A stretch of 46,368 bases of DNA from a virus. The translations under genes were made by a program, and so were the position numbers. Shown piece by piece: positions 15,303 to 23,779 of the stretch (positions within the stretch are counted from its first letter, which is position 1; each line of letters opens with the position of its first letter). The notes beneath the pieces were generated by a model. It was not told the DNA's origin, ran no database searches, and saw only the letters and a program-made list of their open reading frames with translations. The stretch lies in the UHGV virus genome UHGV-0217156, one strand, 5' to 3'.

Positions 15303-15780
15303 TAAATTTGGAGAATTTGATTCATCGGATGAGATAAACCGGGCCGCAGCAGCCCAGAGAAGAGAAGGGGATTATGAAGCGATCCTCGCTATTGCCGAGG
15401 AAAATGGCATTGACCCAGAGGACGCTCAGGATTTTATAGACGGCAACGTGACAGCTCTTGTTACACCCTTGACGGCCGCGTTCGGGAAACTGGATATAGA
15501 GGCCGCAGAGCTGGAACCCTATGAGATCATGGAGGACTGGCTGGGATATATCAGACTGCGCTGTACAGAATCGCCAGAAATGGCAGAGGCAGTCCGTCAC
15601 AGAGGAAAGAGCCTGAGAGGGTGCATTGCGGCCATTTTGGCATGGAGTTTTAAAAATCAGCACCCGGTGCCGGAAGAGATCGCAAAAGCGGCCGGAATCA
15701 GCTTTCGGGTCACTCTTGGAATCCCGGGGATGGGAAAGGCAAAACAGATTATCACGGATTACTACATGGGAGGACAGTGA
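15295..15780 (+). CDS. Hypothetical acidic protein (161 aa)
   Basis: ORF in operon context. Confidence 0.45.
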   Translation: MFDKFGEFDSSDEINRAAAAQRREGDYEAILAIAEENGIDPEDAQDFIDGNVTALVTPLTAAFGKLDIEAAELEPYEIMEDWLGYIRLRCTESPEMAEAVRHRGKSLRGCIAAILAWSFKNQHPVPEEIAKAAGISFRVTLGIPGMGKAKQIITDYYMGGQ

Positions 15781-15781
15781 G

Positions 15782-16360
15782 ATGCTTGCATACAAAGGAT
15801 TCAAAAAGGATCTGACCTGTACGTTTGGCCAGGGAATCTTTCAGTACGAGGCAGACCAGACTATGAAAGAAGATTCCTCCAAGTGCCAGGATCGGGGGCT
15901 GCACTGCGCAGAGAACCCTCTGGAGTGCCTAAGGTGGTATCCATTGGGATATGGGAACCGGTATTTTCTCGTGGAAGCTTCCGGGAGCCTGGACGAACTG
16001 GGCGGAGACGATACACAGCTCGCCTGTACGGAAATGACACTGGTAAGGGAATTAAGCGTTAAGGAGATGGCAGGTCACGCCATGATGTACATGGTCAGAC
16101 ATCCGCTCCGGCCATGGAAAAGGACAGGGAATATGCTGCAGGTGGCACAGGATCAGGCAGAGGCAAAGACTTCGGGAGCCGTGGCAATCGCCAGAGGGCC
16201 GCATCCGAAGGTCAGGGGAGCTGCGGGGGCAATCCTGGGGCTGATCCGGGAAGATGGAGGACTGATCAAGGATGCCAAGCTGTTTGTTGTGCAAGGCAAT
16301 ATCAAGCCGGATACATGGTACACCCTGAAAGAACGGGAGCCTCAGGAGGTGAAATCATGA
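15782..16360 (+). CDS. Conserved phage hypothetical protein (N-terminal MLAYKGFKKDLTC...GIFQYE motif)
   Basis: Internal ATG after GGGAGGACAG. The N-terminal motif recurs in many Firmicutes phage DUF proteins. Confidence 0.5.
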   Translation: MLAYKGFKKDLTCTFGQGIFQYEADQTMKEDSSKCQDRGLHCAENPLECLRWYPLGYGNRYFLVEASGSLDELGGDDTQLACTEMTLVRELSVKEMAGHAMMYMVRHPLRPWKRTGNMLQVAQDQAEAKTSGAVAIARGPHPKVRGAAGAILGLIREDGGLIKDAKLFVVQGNIKPDTWYTLKEREPQEVKS

Positions 16361-18483
16361 AACGGAAGACTATACTGGCTCATCCGGCCTCTGAAACCAG
16401 AAAAAAAGGGGAAATCCTTACAACGCAGCTCATAGGGAATATTTTGGTCCTGAACTATTGGAAGGACCGGGTTCTGCAGGGGCGCTACTGTATGAATACA
16501 GCTACGGGAGAGTATGAATACTGGGATGCAGAAAGAAATGTGTGGAGACAGGCCAGACTTAATACAATGGTAGAACATGATCCGTGGTGCTACCGGTCGA
16601 TCAATCTGAAAAAACGTCTCAGCTTTGACTGTATGGAGGATGAGCAGAGAGCGAAGGATGCGATTGCATCTAAGACCAAATGGCAGGAATCTGATATATT
16701 TTGCCGAATCTATGACTGGGAGTCAGATTACAGTGAACAGGTTAGAGATAACCGCCGAATAAGTCACAGGAACCGGATAGAACGCTTAATGGCACAGATT
16801 CCACCGATACCGGATGATTTTACCGAATGGCTCTTCCGAGTGGCCGCTCATGGACAGGAATATGCTTTCCACGATAAGACAGGAGCTTCTTATAGCTGTA
16901 CTGCCTGTGGGAACACTTCTCCGGAGCAAAAGTGGGAACGGGCAGAGGGAGGAAAAGCAAGACATAATGACCGAGCCATATGTCCCATCTGCGGAGAGGC
17001 TGTGACGGTTAAAAGGCGGACGGATCACATGACGTATGAGACGCAGGCGATGCTCATCCAGAACATGACACTGGACACCAGCGTATCCAGGCATATTGAT
17101 GTAAAACTCCAATGGAGCGCCGGGGGAAAGAAAACAGTCTGCTCAGAGGGAATACGGCTTATATTCCAGAGAAATTATAAGGTTCGTCCCACCAAGATTT
17201 ACTATGCCTATATCAACAAAAATTGTTGGGATCCTGACCCTGCATGTTTTGACGAGCATAACCCCTGCAACCGTCGGATCCGGGAGACCTATCTGTATCC
17301 GGAAGGGGTCAGGGAAGCTCTGAAGGGAACAGCCTACGACGTATGGATGGATCTGTTCCCCCAGTTAGCTGAGGCGGGAAAGAAGCTGGACTATAACAAG
17401 CTGCTGATTGCAGGCCTGCGGGAGCCGGATATACCCAGAGTCATAGAATATCTGTTTAAAGGACGCTTCTCTCGGATGCTCCGGGAAACGGCCGCAGCTG
17501 TAAGCACCTGGTCGGGACGGTACAGCGGCCCTCTGGCCCTGGACGGGGAATGCATCGAAGATGTTTTTGCGTTGGAGGATCGTCAGAAGATCAACCGCTT
17601 CCGCCAGATAGACGGAGGGGAACAGCTCCTGGAATGGCTGCGTTGGTGCGATCATACAGGAAAGAGAATAGATGATGTTACCCTGCAATGGCTGGACAGA
17701 CAGAAAATGAGCGAAGAACAGCTGTCATTCATTCTGGACCGAATGAACCCCTGCCAAATCATGCATTACATACAGAGACAGCAGAAAGAGTCCTATAAGG
17801 GAAAAAGCTGTTATGTTGTCCTGACTGCCTGGAAGGATTACCTGAGCATGTGTGGAAGGCTGAGGAAACATACAGAGGATGAGATGATATTCCGGCCCAG
17901 GGAACTGAAACGCCGCCATGATGAGGCGGTAGAGGAGTGTCGGATCCGTCAGGAAGAGCTTTTGGAAATCGAGAGGGAACAGGCGGCAGACCGGATGCGT
18001 GATAAGTATCCGGGGGCAGAGGAACACCTTGCAGAGATCCGGGAGCGGTACGAATACAGAGATGATCAGTACATCATCAGGGTACCCGAAAGGCTTATGG
18101 ATATCATGCAGGAGGGAGCAGCCCTCCATCACTGCGTAGGATCCAGTGAACGCTATTTTGAACGGATCATGCAGAAGGAGACCTATATCTGTTTCCTGCG
18201 CCGCACAGAGGCCCCGGACAAGCCCTACTATACCATCGAGGTAGAACCTGGGGGAACTATCCGCCAGCACCGGTCAGAGTATGACGAGGAGCCGGATATT
18301 GAGAAGATCCGGGGATTCCTAAGACAGTGGCAGAAAGAGATCAAGAAGCGGCTCAATGAGGAAGACCGCCGTCTGGCTCATATCAGCGCACAAAAACGGC
18401 AGCAGAACATAAACGAACTGAGAGAAAAGAACAATATCCGGGTCCTGAAAGGCCTGGAAGAAGATTTTATGGAGGCAATCTAA
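16357..18483 (+). CDS. Large phage protein with an internal zinc ribbon, PcfJ-like C-terminal region
   Basis: ATGA overlap with the upstream gene and RBS AGGAGGTGAAATC. Cys4 ribbon CTACGN...CPICGE. C-terminal LHHCVGSSERYFERIMQKETYICFLRR...YYTIEV resembles PcfJ-like (PF14284) proteins. Confidence 0.5.
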   Translation: MKRKTILAHPASETRKKGEILTTQLIGNILVLNYWKDRVLQGRYCMNTATGEYEYWDAERNVWRQARLNTMVEHDPWCYRSINLKKRLSFDCMEDEQRAKDAIASKTKWQESDIFCRIYDWESDYSEQVRDNRRISHRNRIERLMAQIPPIPDDFTEWLFRVAAHGQEYAFHDKTGASYSCTACGNTSPEQKWERAEGGKARHNDRAICPICGEAVTVKRRTDHMTYETQAMLIQNMTLDTSVSRHIDVKLQWSAGGKKTVCSEGIRLIFQRNYKVRPTKIYYAYINKNCWDPDPACFDEHNPCNRRIRETYLYPEGVREALKGTAYDVWMDLFPQLAEAGKKLDYNKLLIAGLREPDIPRVIEYLFKGRFSRMLRETAAAVSTWSGRYSGPLALDGECIEDVFALEDRQKINRFRQIDGGEQLLEWLRWCDHTGKRIDDVTLQWLDRQKMSEEQLSFILDRMNPCQIMHYIQRQQKESYKGKSCYVVLTAWKDYLSMCGRLRKHTEDEMIFRPRELKRRHDEAVEECRIRQEELLEIEREQAADRMRDKYPGAEEHLAEIRERYEYRDDQYIIRVPERLMDIMQEGAALHHCVGSSERYFERIMQKETYICFLRRTEAPDKPYYTIEVEPGGTIRQHRSEYDEEPDIEKIRGFLRQWQKEIKKRLNEEDRRLAHISAQKRQQNINELREKNNIRVLKGLEEDFMEAI

Positions 18484-19691
18484 TGGACGAGATGATACAG
18501 GGAAGGCCCCAAGGGGCCAGCTTTACGGATTTTGCAGAATACGAAAAGGCGTTCGACCAGGAGGTAGACCGGATAGAACTGGGGTTTGTACGGATCGGAT
18601 ATATGCTCCGATATGCCCTTGATACGGATATCCTGGAAGGCTCCGGATACACCAGCATGGAAGAATTTGCCTATGCCAAGTATAAGATTGACAAGTCACA
18701 GGCTTCCCGTTTTATCGGGATCAACCGCAGGTTTTCCGAAGGCGGGTATTCGGACCGCCTGAAAGAACAGTTCCAGGGGTACGGTGTGGCCAAGCTGGGA
18801 GAACTGCTCACCCTTCCGGATGAGATCATTGAGGTGCTGCCGGAGAAACTTTCCCGATCCGCTATCCAGACGGTAAAAAAGGAGATCCGCGAGGAGGAGA
18901 AGATATCCGACCTTGAGGTTATGATGGAAGAACCGAAGGGGAGCGGTGGCTCCCTTCTGGATCAGTGGATGGAAGTGTATTTTAGAGAACATCCGGATAA
19001 ATACCTGCAGATCCGCAACCTGTATCTGAGTACGGACAGAGAGCGTATGACAGTGGATATCCTGGCCCCCAGCGGCACGGCGGCTGAGACTGCCAGGATC
19101 CCCGGCACCGGAAAAATAATCTTGGCCATTAAGGGAAGTGATCAGAACCCGATCCTCATGAATGTCAGAACCATGGAAAAGGAATCATACAGCTGGTCGG
19201 ACTGCGTGGAAGCCCTGCGGAGGCTGTGCCCTTATACGGTGGAACCCAAACAGGCCTATGAACAGCACTATGGGATCCCGTTTCCGGAAGAAACACCGGA
19301 TCAGAAACCTGAAAAGAAACCGGAGTCCACAAAAAAGAAAGAGACTCCGCCCAAACCACAGAAATCTGAAAAATCGCCAGTTGCACCGGTACAACAGAAG
19401 AAAGAACTGGAAGCGCCTCCCACAGAACCAGCTCCGCCGGAAATCCCCCAAGAGCGTCAGATGGAACTGGAGGAATACCAGGGAGTTGTCCCGGAAAGCT
19501 GTATTGTATGCCATGACGGGACGGAAGTGGTGCAGCCTAAGGAAACACTCCGGGCAGAGGGAATCCGGCTGGCGGATGAGCTGGCCCAGTGGATGCGTAC
19601 GGGAACTGTTTCTTATGCAGGGCAGGCAGAGGGGATTGCGCTGCGTCTGGCAGAGATTATAAGGCAGATTGCCAATGAAGAGCATAGTTGA
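18483..19691 (+). CDS. Hypothetical protein with a Pro/Lys-rich linker
   Basis: ORF coupled to the upstream stop. Low-complexity PEKKPESTKKKETPPKPQKSEKSP segment. Confidence 0.5.
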   Translation: MDEMIQGRPQGASFTDFAEYEKAFDQEVDRIELGFVRIGYMLRYALDTDILEGSGYTSMEEFAYAKYKIDKSQASRFIGINRRFSEGGYSDRLKEQFQGYGVAKLGELLTLPDEIIEVLPEKLSRSAIQTVKKEIREEEKISDLEVMMEEPKGSGGSLLDQWMEVYFREHPDKYLQIRNLYLSTDRERMTVDILAPSGTAAETARIPGTGKIILAIKGSDQNPILMNVRTMEKESYSWSDCVEALRRLCPYTVEPKQAYEQHYGIPFPEETPDQKPEKKPESTKKKETPPKPQKSEKSPVAPVQQKKELEAPPTEPAPPEIPQERQMELEEYQGVVPESCIVCHDGTEVVQPKETLRAEGIRLADELAQWMRTGTVSYAGQAEGIALRLAEIIRQIANEEHS

Positions 19692-19971
19692 GCGGGATCC
19701 GGCTGAGAGATGCTTCCTCTGCGGAACCTGGGGACAATTAGAAAAGCATCATATCTTTGGAGGCCCTAACAGGAAATGGTCTGAAAAATACGGCATGACC
19801 GTCCATCTCTGTCCGGTATGCCACCGGGACAACCGCAGGGGAGTGCACGGGGATGCTGAGAAGATGCTGGCTCTTCATCAGACCGGGCAGAGGGAGTTTG
19901 AGCAGAAATACAGCCACAAGAAGTTTATGCAGGTGTTTGGAAAAAACTACCTGGATACAGAGGAAACCTAA
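19669..19971 (+). CDS. HNH endonuclease
   Basis: CFLCG...LEKHHIFGGPNR...HLCPVCHRDNRRGVH, i.e. the C-x2-C / HH / C-x2-C-H pattern. Confidence 0.6.
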   Translation: MPMKSIVERDPAERCFLCGTWGQLEKHHIFGGPNRKWSEKYGMTVHLCPVCHRDNRRGVHGDAEKMLALHQTGQREFEQKYSHKKFMQVFGKNYLDTEET

Positions 19972-20183
19972 TGGATCTTATGACAGAAGCCAGGAGCATA
20001 GAAAGCAAGCCGGGCGGCGAACCGGTGGAGCGGATTGGACGCTATCAGAATGGGAACCGGATCTATATATTCTATCGGGGAAATACAGGAAATATCTGGT
20101 ATGAGACCCGGTTCCTGATGGGCGAAAAGGAAGTTTCGGAATATGAATCCATTTTTGGAGAAAGGAAAAGAAAAAGACGATGA
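19971..20183 (+). CDS. Hypothetical protein (70 aa)
   Basis: ORF in a coupled array. Confidence 0.4.
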   Translation: MDLMTEARSIESKPGGEPVERIGRYQNGNRIYIFYRGNTGNIWYETRFLMGEKEVSEYESIFGERKRKRR

Positions 20184-20614
20184 ACCGAGTAATACTGATG
20201 GGACGCCTTACACGGGATCCGGAAGTGAGATGGTCGAGAGGAGAAAGGGCGATAGCAATCGCAAGGTACACTCTGGCGGTAGACCGAAGAGGCCGCAGGA
20301 ATCAGGAGGGAAATTTTAAACAGACTGCTGATTTTATCAACTGCGTGGCATTTGACCGTGCTGGGGAATTTGCAGAGAAGCATTTCAGTCAGGGGCAGAG
20401 GATACTGATATCTGGACGGATCCAAACCGGAAGCTATGTCAACAAGGATGGACAGAAGGTATATACAACAGAGGTCATAGTAGATGAGCAGGAGTTTGCG
20501 GACAGCAGAGGCCATTCCGCACCGACGGAAAGACCAGCACAGGGAACCGATATCGGGGATGGTTTTATGAGCATCCCTGAGGGGATAGAGGATGAGGGAC
20601 TGCCATTTACTTAA
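20180..20614 (+). CDS. ssb: Single-stranded DNA-binding protein
   Basis: MNRVILMGRLTRDPEVR...OB fold...GQKVYTTEVIVDE. Acidic C-terminal tail ending DEGLPF. Confidence 0.8.
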   Translation: MNRVILMGRLTRDPEVRWSRGERAIAIARYTLAVDRRGRRNQEGNFKQTADFINCVAFDRAGEFAEKHFSQGQRILISGRIQTGSYVNKDGQKVYTTEVIVDEQEFADSRGHSAPTERPAQGTDIGDGFMSIPEGIEDEGLPFT

Positions 20615-20624
20615 AGGAGAAGGA

Positions 20625-20834
20625 ATGAAAAATGGAGATGCAATAAACGTCAATAAACGATACAGGATAACCTGCCCGTATTGCGGAAAGACTCAGTATG
20701 CGTGTTTATCAATTGCTCACACATGGGGGATTGCTGATGGAGGCAGAGGGATATGTTTAGAATGTAAAAAGGTTATGACATTGGTGTTTGACTATGAAGC
20801 TGAGGCAATGACGGCTAAAGCGAAGGAGACTTAA
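20625..20834 (+). CDS. Small zinc-ribbon protein
   Basis: RBS AAGGAGAAGGA. CPYCG...CLECKK. Confidence 0.45.
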   Translation: MKNGDAINVNKRYRITCPYCGKTQYACLSIAHTWGIADGGRGICLECKKVMTLVFDYEAEAMTAKAKET

Positions 20835-20853
20835 GGACTTTTGGAGGCGTGAA

Positions 20854-20955
20854 ATGGTAACAGATCTAAGCAGATTTAAAGTGATACATGGGGAAAAGGT
20901 ACTGAATGCTGGAGACTTCCGCAAGCAGATCTGGCAGAGGCACAGGGAGTGGTAG
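20854..20955 (+). CDS. 33-aa ORF lying mostly inside repeat copy 1 (possible relic)
   Basis: Good RBS GGAGGCGTGAA. Ends at a TAG created by one of only two mismatches between the 96-bp repeats. Confidence 0.25.
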   Translation: MVTDLSRFKVIHGEKVLNAGDFRKQIWQRHREW

Positions 20956-20997
20956 GGCTGTGCACTATGTGTGCATTTAGAAAAGGAATGGAAAATT
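20902..20997 (+). repeat. 96-bp direct repeat, copy 1
   Basis: 94/96 identical to 21353..21448. Confidence 0.8.
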
Positions 20998-21015
20998 AGA
21001 CTTTGGAGGTGTGAG

Positions 21016-21459
21016 ATGAACGGGAAAGGTTTACCGCAAACGATTTTTGTTGGCGATCTTACTGTCACGCAGGCAACAAATTGCCATGTCAGTATATGCA
21101 AGGATGGGCGGAGAGTCTTCCATGCACCAGTTGATAGGCCACTGGATTTTGATGAGCTGATGGAATGCGTGAAGATGTATAAGGTGATGGCATCGATAGC
21201 CCCAGAGCCATATCAGAGCCGTCCTGAAAATTATATAAAGTTAAGACCAAGGGGAGTCGGTGAAAGGGGAGGATACTTCTGTATGCCATTAAAGAAGAAT
21301 GTACCAGAAGGGCATCCGAACTGGAAAATGGTACGTTGCCCGGAATGTGGGGCTGAATGCTGGAGACTGCCGCAAGCAGATCTGGCAGAGGCACAGGGAG
21401 TGGCAGGGCTGTGCACTATGTGTGCATTTAGAAAAGGAATGGAAAATTTTAAGGTTTAG
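21016..21459 (+). CDS. Hypothetical zinc-ribbon protein (148 aa) flanked by the 96-bp direct repeats
   Basis: RBS GGAGGTGTGAG. CPECGAEC...CTMC motif. The last 31 codons are encoded by repeat copy 2. Confidence 0.5.
   Translation: MNGKGLPQTIFVGDLTVTQATNCHVSICKDGRRVFHAPVDRPLDFDELMECVKMYKVMASIAPEPYQSRPENYIKLRPRGVGERGGYFCMPLKKNVPEGHPNWKMVRCPECGAECWRLPQADLAEAQGVAGLCTMCAFRKGMENFKV
21353..21448 (+). repeat. 96-bp direct repeat, copy 2
   Basis: See copy 1; offset 451 bp. Confidence 0.8.
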
Positions 21460-21469
21460 GAGATCAGCT

Positions 21470-21700
21470 ATGAATTTTATCAAAAAGTTGTTTTGCAAGC
21501 ATAAAAACAGTGAAGTTATTTGTTGGCATTGGACACATGGGCCAAATGGTAATGATATCAGATATTTAGAAATCCAGAGGAAATGTTCAGACTGTGGGAG
21601 ATTTTTCTTTTCGTACATAGAAAATCGGAATGATTGTGAAAAATTTGTTTCAAAATATCCAGATAAACAGTGGTCAAATAAATGCAAACCAGTTTTGTAA
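21470..21700 (+). CDS. Hypothetical Cys-rich protein (76 aa)
   Basis: RBS TAGGAGA. CWHW...CSDCG. Confidence 0.45.
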   Translation: MNFIKKLFCKHKNSEVICWHWTHGPNGNDIRYLEIQRKCSDCGRFFFSYIENRNDCEKFVSKYPDKQWSNKCKPVL

Positions 21701-21752
21701 AACTGACATTTAACACAGGAGGGGATTACCATAAGACGTTGTTATATGGATA

Positions 21753-22241
21753 ATGGCAGAGGATTCTGTGACGGTCAAAGAACCCGGAAAGGGAATATAT
21801 TCAGAAAGTGTTGGGGATGTCCATATTTGCAAGGAGGCGGTACCATTGGACAAGATAAAAAAGAGGGACATGAAATTAAGCGACTATAATATATCCCGCG
21901 CCAAATACAATGAATTAAAGTATTTCTGTATGCAGTACGCTGAAAAAAAGAGAGAACTTGAAAAAGGGTATGGCCTGAATGCGATTGTTAATGATGGAAT
22001 GCCAAAAGGGAATATGTCAGGAAATCCCGTGGAAAGAGCAGCTATACATAATACTATGCTGCGGGCGGACATTGAACTGATAGAGCAGACGGCTATAGAA
22101 GCAGATTCAGAAATTTACCCATGGATACTTAAGAATGTAACAGATGGTTTGCCATATGAATACATGGATGTTCCTATAAACAGAACAGACTTTTATTGTA
22201 TCAGAAAATACTTTTTTTATTTGCTTTCCCTAAAAAGATAA
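21753..22241 (+). CDS. ArpU-family-like phage late transcriptional regulator
   Basis: SRAKYNELKYF...GMPKGNMSGNPVERAAIHNTMLRADIELIEQ pattern. Positioned just upstream of the terminase genes. Confidence 0.5.
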   Translation: MAEDSVTVKEPGKGIYSESVGDVHICKEAVPLDKIKKRDMKLSDYNISRAKYNELKYFCMQYAEKKRELEKGYGLNAIVNDGMPKGNMSGNPVERAAIHNTMLRADIELIEQTAIEADSEIYPWILKNVTDGLPYEYMDVPINRTDFYCIRKYFFYLLSLKR

Positions 22242-22419
22242 AAAAATGTGCACTAGAAGGGGGTACATCCGTGATATTATGATAGCATGGAAATGGGTAA
22301 AAGAACTGCCATACTCTCCTTTGCTGGAAGCCTCCGCACGATTGCGAAGGCTTCTAGTTTATCAACATATTGTGCATAAAAAGTGGATAAATACAAAATG
22401 TGGAGTGATTTTGTGAAAA

Positions 22420-22608
22420 TCATAAGTGCTCATCTCGACACAGCTCATCAAGCGTGACGCCGAGAGCATCAGCTAATTTGATTGCCGTTGATATCCGGCC
22501 GTCGCCACGGGATTCCAAGTCCTGGATTGTTCGGCGGGGCACTCCGGAAAGCTCTACAAGCTGAGGAACCGACAGCCCTTTTCCGGTACGTATTTCTTTT
22601 AATCGCAT
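22420..22608 (-). CDS. Small XRE HTH protein
   Basis: Internal ATG with RBS AAGGAGGG. LKEIRTGKGLSVPQLVELSGVPRRTIQDLE. Confidence 0.55.
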   Translation of the reverse strand: MRLKEIRTGKGLSVPQLVELSGVPRRTIQDLESRGDGRISTAIKLADALGVTLDELCRDEHL

Positions 22609-22769
22609 TTCCGTGCCCTCCTTGAACAGATAAAGTAGATGACTGTACAGACGAGTAGGGAAAGCCATTTAAAGCAATCGAAAACAGTAGGGGCATAGAA
22701 TTCGCCATTGAAGCCCTCATAAAGAAAAAGGATGGCAAGGGCGATTAAAATGTTACGGTAAATTTTCAT
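22599..22769 (-). CDS. Possible 56-aa membrane protein overlapping the start of the HTH gene
   Basis: Hydrophobic (ILIALAILFLYEGF ... WLSLLVCTVIYFIC) but lacks a clear RBS. Confidence 0.25.
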   Translation of the reverse strand: MKIYRNILIALAILFLYEGFNGEFYAPTVFDCFKWLSLLVCTVIYFICSRRARKCD

Positions 22770-22815
22770 AGTTTATTTTAGCAAATGATTGTGCTATATT
22801 ATAAGTGAGGAAGAA

Positions 22816-22831
22816 AGGGGCCGAAGCCCCT
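22816..22831 (-). terminator. Hairpin terminator after the 43-aa peptide gene
   Basis: GGGGC-loop-GCCCC stem 1 nt after the stop, then U-rich (UUUCUUCC) on the minus strand. Confidence 0.4.
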
Positions 22832-22835
22832 GTTC

Positions 22836-22967
22836 TTACTTCTTTTTTCTTTTAGACCTTTTGGATTTGTTTTCCTGCTTCGTCTTAACTATCAGGCAGA
22901 TGGCGGTGACGAGCGCAAGAAACGCTTCCGAAAGGTCTTTGATGATCTCACTTATGGATTCATTCAT
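22836..22967 (-). CDS. 43-aa single-TM peptide with a poly-basic C-terminus (MNESISEIIKDLSEAFLALVTAICLIVKTKQENKSKRSKRKKK)
   Basis: RBS AAAGGAGGG 8 nt before the ATG, preceded by a perfect consensus promoter. Not in the ORF track because it is shorter than 60 aa. Confidence 0.45.
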   Translation of the reverse strand: MNESISEIIKDLSEAFLALVTAICLIVKTKQENKSKRSKRKKK

Positions 22968-22993
22968 TTGCTTTTCCCTCCTTTCTATGGTTA

Positions 22994-23022
22994 ATTATAG
23001 CACGTATTTACGTGCTTGTCAA
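22994..23022 (-). promoter_or_regulatory. Consensus promoter TTGACA-17-TATAAT whose spacer is a perfect 18-bp palindrome
   Basis: Read on the minus strand: TTGACA AGCACGTAAATACGTGC TATAAT. The palindrome AGCACGTA-nn-TACGTGCT spans plus-strand 22999-23016. Confidence 0.5.
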
Positions 23023-23254
23023 GCATAAATAAATGATTTTAAAAGGGTAGGTGTGACTATCCTTTTTTTATGCAACGCTTATGGGAGAAAAAACGGGTCC
23101 TTCCAGCCCACTACCCCCCTATGCGGGTCGCGGAAGGCCCGGTATTTTTCTCTGTACAGACATTTTTTTTACGGCACTTCCTTCCGCTTTTGGGGCGCTG
23201 CATGGGTAGTAGAAAAATATGGAAGGGGGGAGATACAGGAGGGGCAGAAAAAAT

Positions 23255-23773
23255 ATGATTGTGAATCAAAAGGAATTGGCGCAATGCCTTGGAATATCAA
23301 GCAGAAGAGTGCGTGCGCTGAGAGAAGAAGGGCTGTTCCAAACCGCCCAAAATGGACGAGGATATCCACTCGAAAACTGCGTTCAGGAATATATCGAATA
23401 TAAGGTAAATGCGGAACTGGGACGCAGTGCATTGATCTCTAAGGAGAAAGTGCAGGCGGAACACGAAGAAGTGAAGCGGCAGATCTCTCTGCTGAAGCTG
23501 AGAAAGCTGAGAAGAGAGCTGCATGAAGCGGCCGATGTGGAATTTTATCTATCGGATATGCTGGTCCGTTTTAAAAACAGGCTCCTTGCACTGCCTTCCA
23601 AACTTGCTATGGAGATTGCAGGCCTGGAGGATATCAACGATATCATACAGATCATACAGAAAAATATGCTGGATACTCTGGAAGAACTTTCGGAATATGA
23701 TCCGGATGAGATCGACCAGGGAGATGTATATTTACCCGAAGAAGATGAGGAAGGAGAGGAAGAGGAGGAGTAA
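23255..23773 (+). CDS. terS: Terminase small subunit
   Basis: N-terminal HTH (KELAQCLGISSRRVRALREEGLF), acidic C-terminus, immediately upstream of TerL. Confidence 0.65.
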   Translation: MIVNQKELAQCLGISSRRVRALREEGLFQTAQNGRGYPLENCVQEYIEYKVNAELGRSALISKEKVQAEHEEVKRQISLLKLRKLRRELHEAADVEFYLSDMLVRFKNRLLALPSKLAMEIAGLEDINDIIQIIQKNMLDTLEELSEYDPDEIDQGDVYLPEEDEEGEEEEE

Positions 23774-23779
23774 GCACGC

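Noticed and set aside
16114-16356. Upstream extension of the 16114..18483 ORF overlapping gene 15782..16360
   Set aside because: The ATG at 16357 has a strong RBS and an ATGA coupling overlap. The extension is Gly/Arg-rich and overlaps the previous gene in another frame.
19162-19685. Overlapping 166-aa ORFs on both strands within 18483..19691
   Set aside because: Arg-rich shadow frames of the Pro/Lys-rich linker region, with no RBS.
22789-23028. 79-aa plus-strand ORF across the 22836-22967 region
   Set aside because: No RBS, and it runs antisense to a small gene that has a perfect promoter, RBS and terminator. It is most likely spurious.
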